From Camelus ferus (lineage: Eukaryota), in assembly GCF_009834535.1 (NCBI RefSeq), contig NC_045697.1, positions 116,376,001-116,440,000 of the forward strand: a DNA stretch of 64,000 bases. The letters are read 5' to 3'. Below the pieces are notes generated by a model. It searched no databases, was not told where the DNA came from, and saw nothing but the letters and a program-made list of their open reading frames with translations. Below are positions 62,977-64,000 of the stretch, piece after piece. The number at the start of each line of letters is the position of its first letter. Positions within the stretch are counted from its first letter, which is position 1. The position numbers and the translations under genes were made by a program.

Positions 62977-64000
62977 CTAAATCCAGAGAGGGACGGAAGG
63001 TCAAGGGGAGAAGAACACGAGGACTGTCAGATACAGACATCCTATCTGCTGGTCAGACTTTCCTCAGTAAGTTAATAAAGTCTCACATCTGCCAAAGGGG
63101 ATTAAGCTTTGGGGGAATTTGTTGGAGGAAAAGACAAGACAGGTTCTTCGGAGGTGGTTCAACCTGGAAAACTAAACGACACGTTCCAGACAATTCCACG
63201 TCATCTGATGGGGGACAGCAAACTCTACAAGCCTTGCTTTAGTGACTGACACCTAGGACACTGCCTCTCATTTCAAGGGCAAGTCTACATAAACTCTCAA
63301 AATGCGATCCATTTTAACTCCTTGTTAACATCTCTGAGCAATTCAGCCACTTTTTTTCAGAAGGAGGATATAACAGAAATTTTGCTCCCTATCGGAGTTT
63401 GGTTTCACAACTTCTAAAAAGTTAGAATGACTCATAAACACACGCATGAGAGAAGCAGATTTTAATAATTCATTGTAGTTCAGAACAGATAAAGATTTCG
63501 AGGATAATAGAGCATAATGAGGCCAAAATCATTTTTACTTAAACCTGAGCTCGGTATTTTATCAGAGGGAGTTAGTGTAATAAATGTTCAGGTTATATCA
63601 AGGGTCGAAAAAGAATATCTCACAAGAAATAAACATCAATGCATAACCTGGCTTAAGTCAGGACAATCCAACGTTAAATGCTCAAACAAGTAAATTCGTT
63701 ATTTTGTTGAAGAGTAAGCTGACTTACTGAATGGTACCCAGATATTTGCAGAGGAATATACTTTTAATTTCCCAGGATTGTAAAAAATAACAGCCTTCAT
63801 CTGACCCCTGAGAACACCCCTTTAATTTATAACAAACATTTCTTTCAACCTGACCCAAGTTAACCGATGTTCTAAGAAGTATATGAAATATTTCTGCTTG
63901 AAAAATTGAAAATATATGAACACACGTCCCAGAGTAAGAGTTAGGTCAGACATTCATGCATTCTTAGTCTGCACAGAAGAGTAACATTAAGACTGGAGGG

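Noticed and set aside
63000..64000. Further upstream FNIP2 exon (donor-like cttac near 63725)
   Set aside because: Translation does not resemble FNIP2; the next exon is probably outside the window

Overview
Mammalian genomic DNA, probably a camelid, judged from five copies of a tRNA-derived SINE resembling Vic-1. The minus strand carries the 3' part of FNIP2 (folliculin-interacting protein 2): 13 coding exons from 62976 down to the stop at 20781. All have GT-AG boundaries with consistent phases, totalling 2731 nt (909 aa plus stop), and they include a 90-nt cassette-type exon paralogous to the FNIP1 'GPLRLIRSASFF' exon. A 3' UTR of about 3.4 kb follows, ending near 17.4 kb. The 5' exons lie beyond the window. 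The plus strand carries the last two coding exons of SPMIP2/C4orf45 (13359-13548 and a probable terminal exon at 23819-23908). These interleave antisense with FNIP2: the last two FNIP2 exons and its 3' UTR sit inside the last SPMIP2 intron. The rest is intronic DNA with L1, SINE, MIR, ERVL LTR and hAT DNA-transposon fossils plus simple repeats. I see no prokaryote-like system, CRISPR array or convincing novel gene. The best leads concern splicing, polyadenylation, antisense architecture and local GC-biased evolution. Gene and repeat names come from recalled sequences, not database searches.
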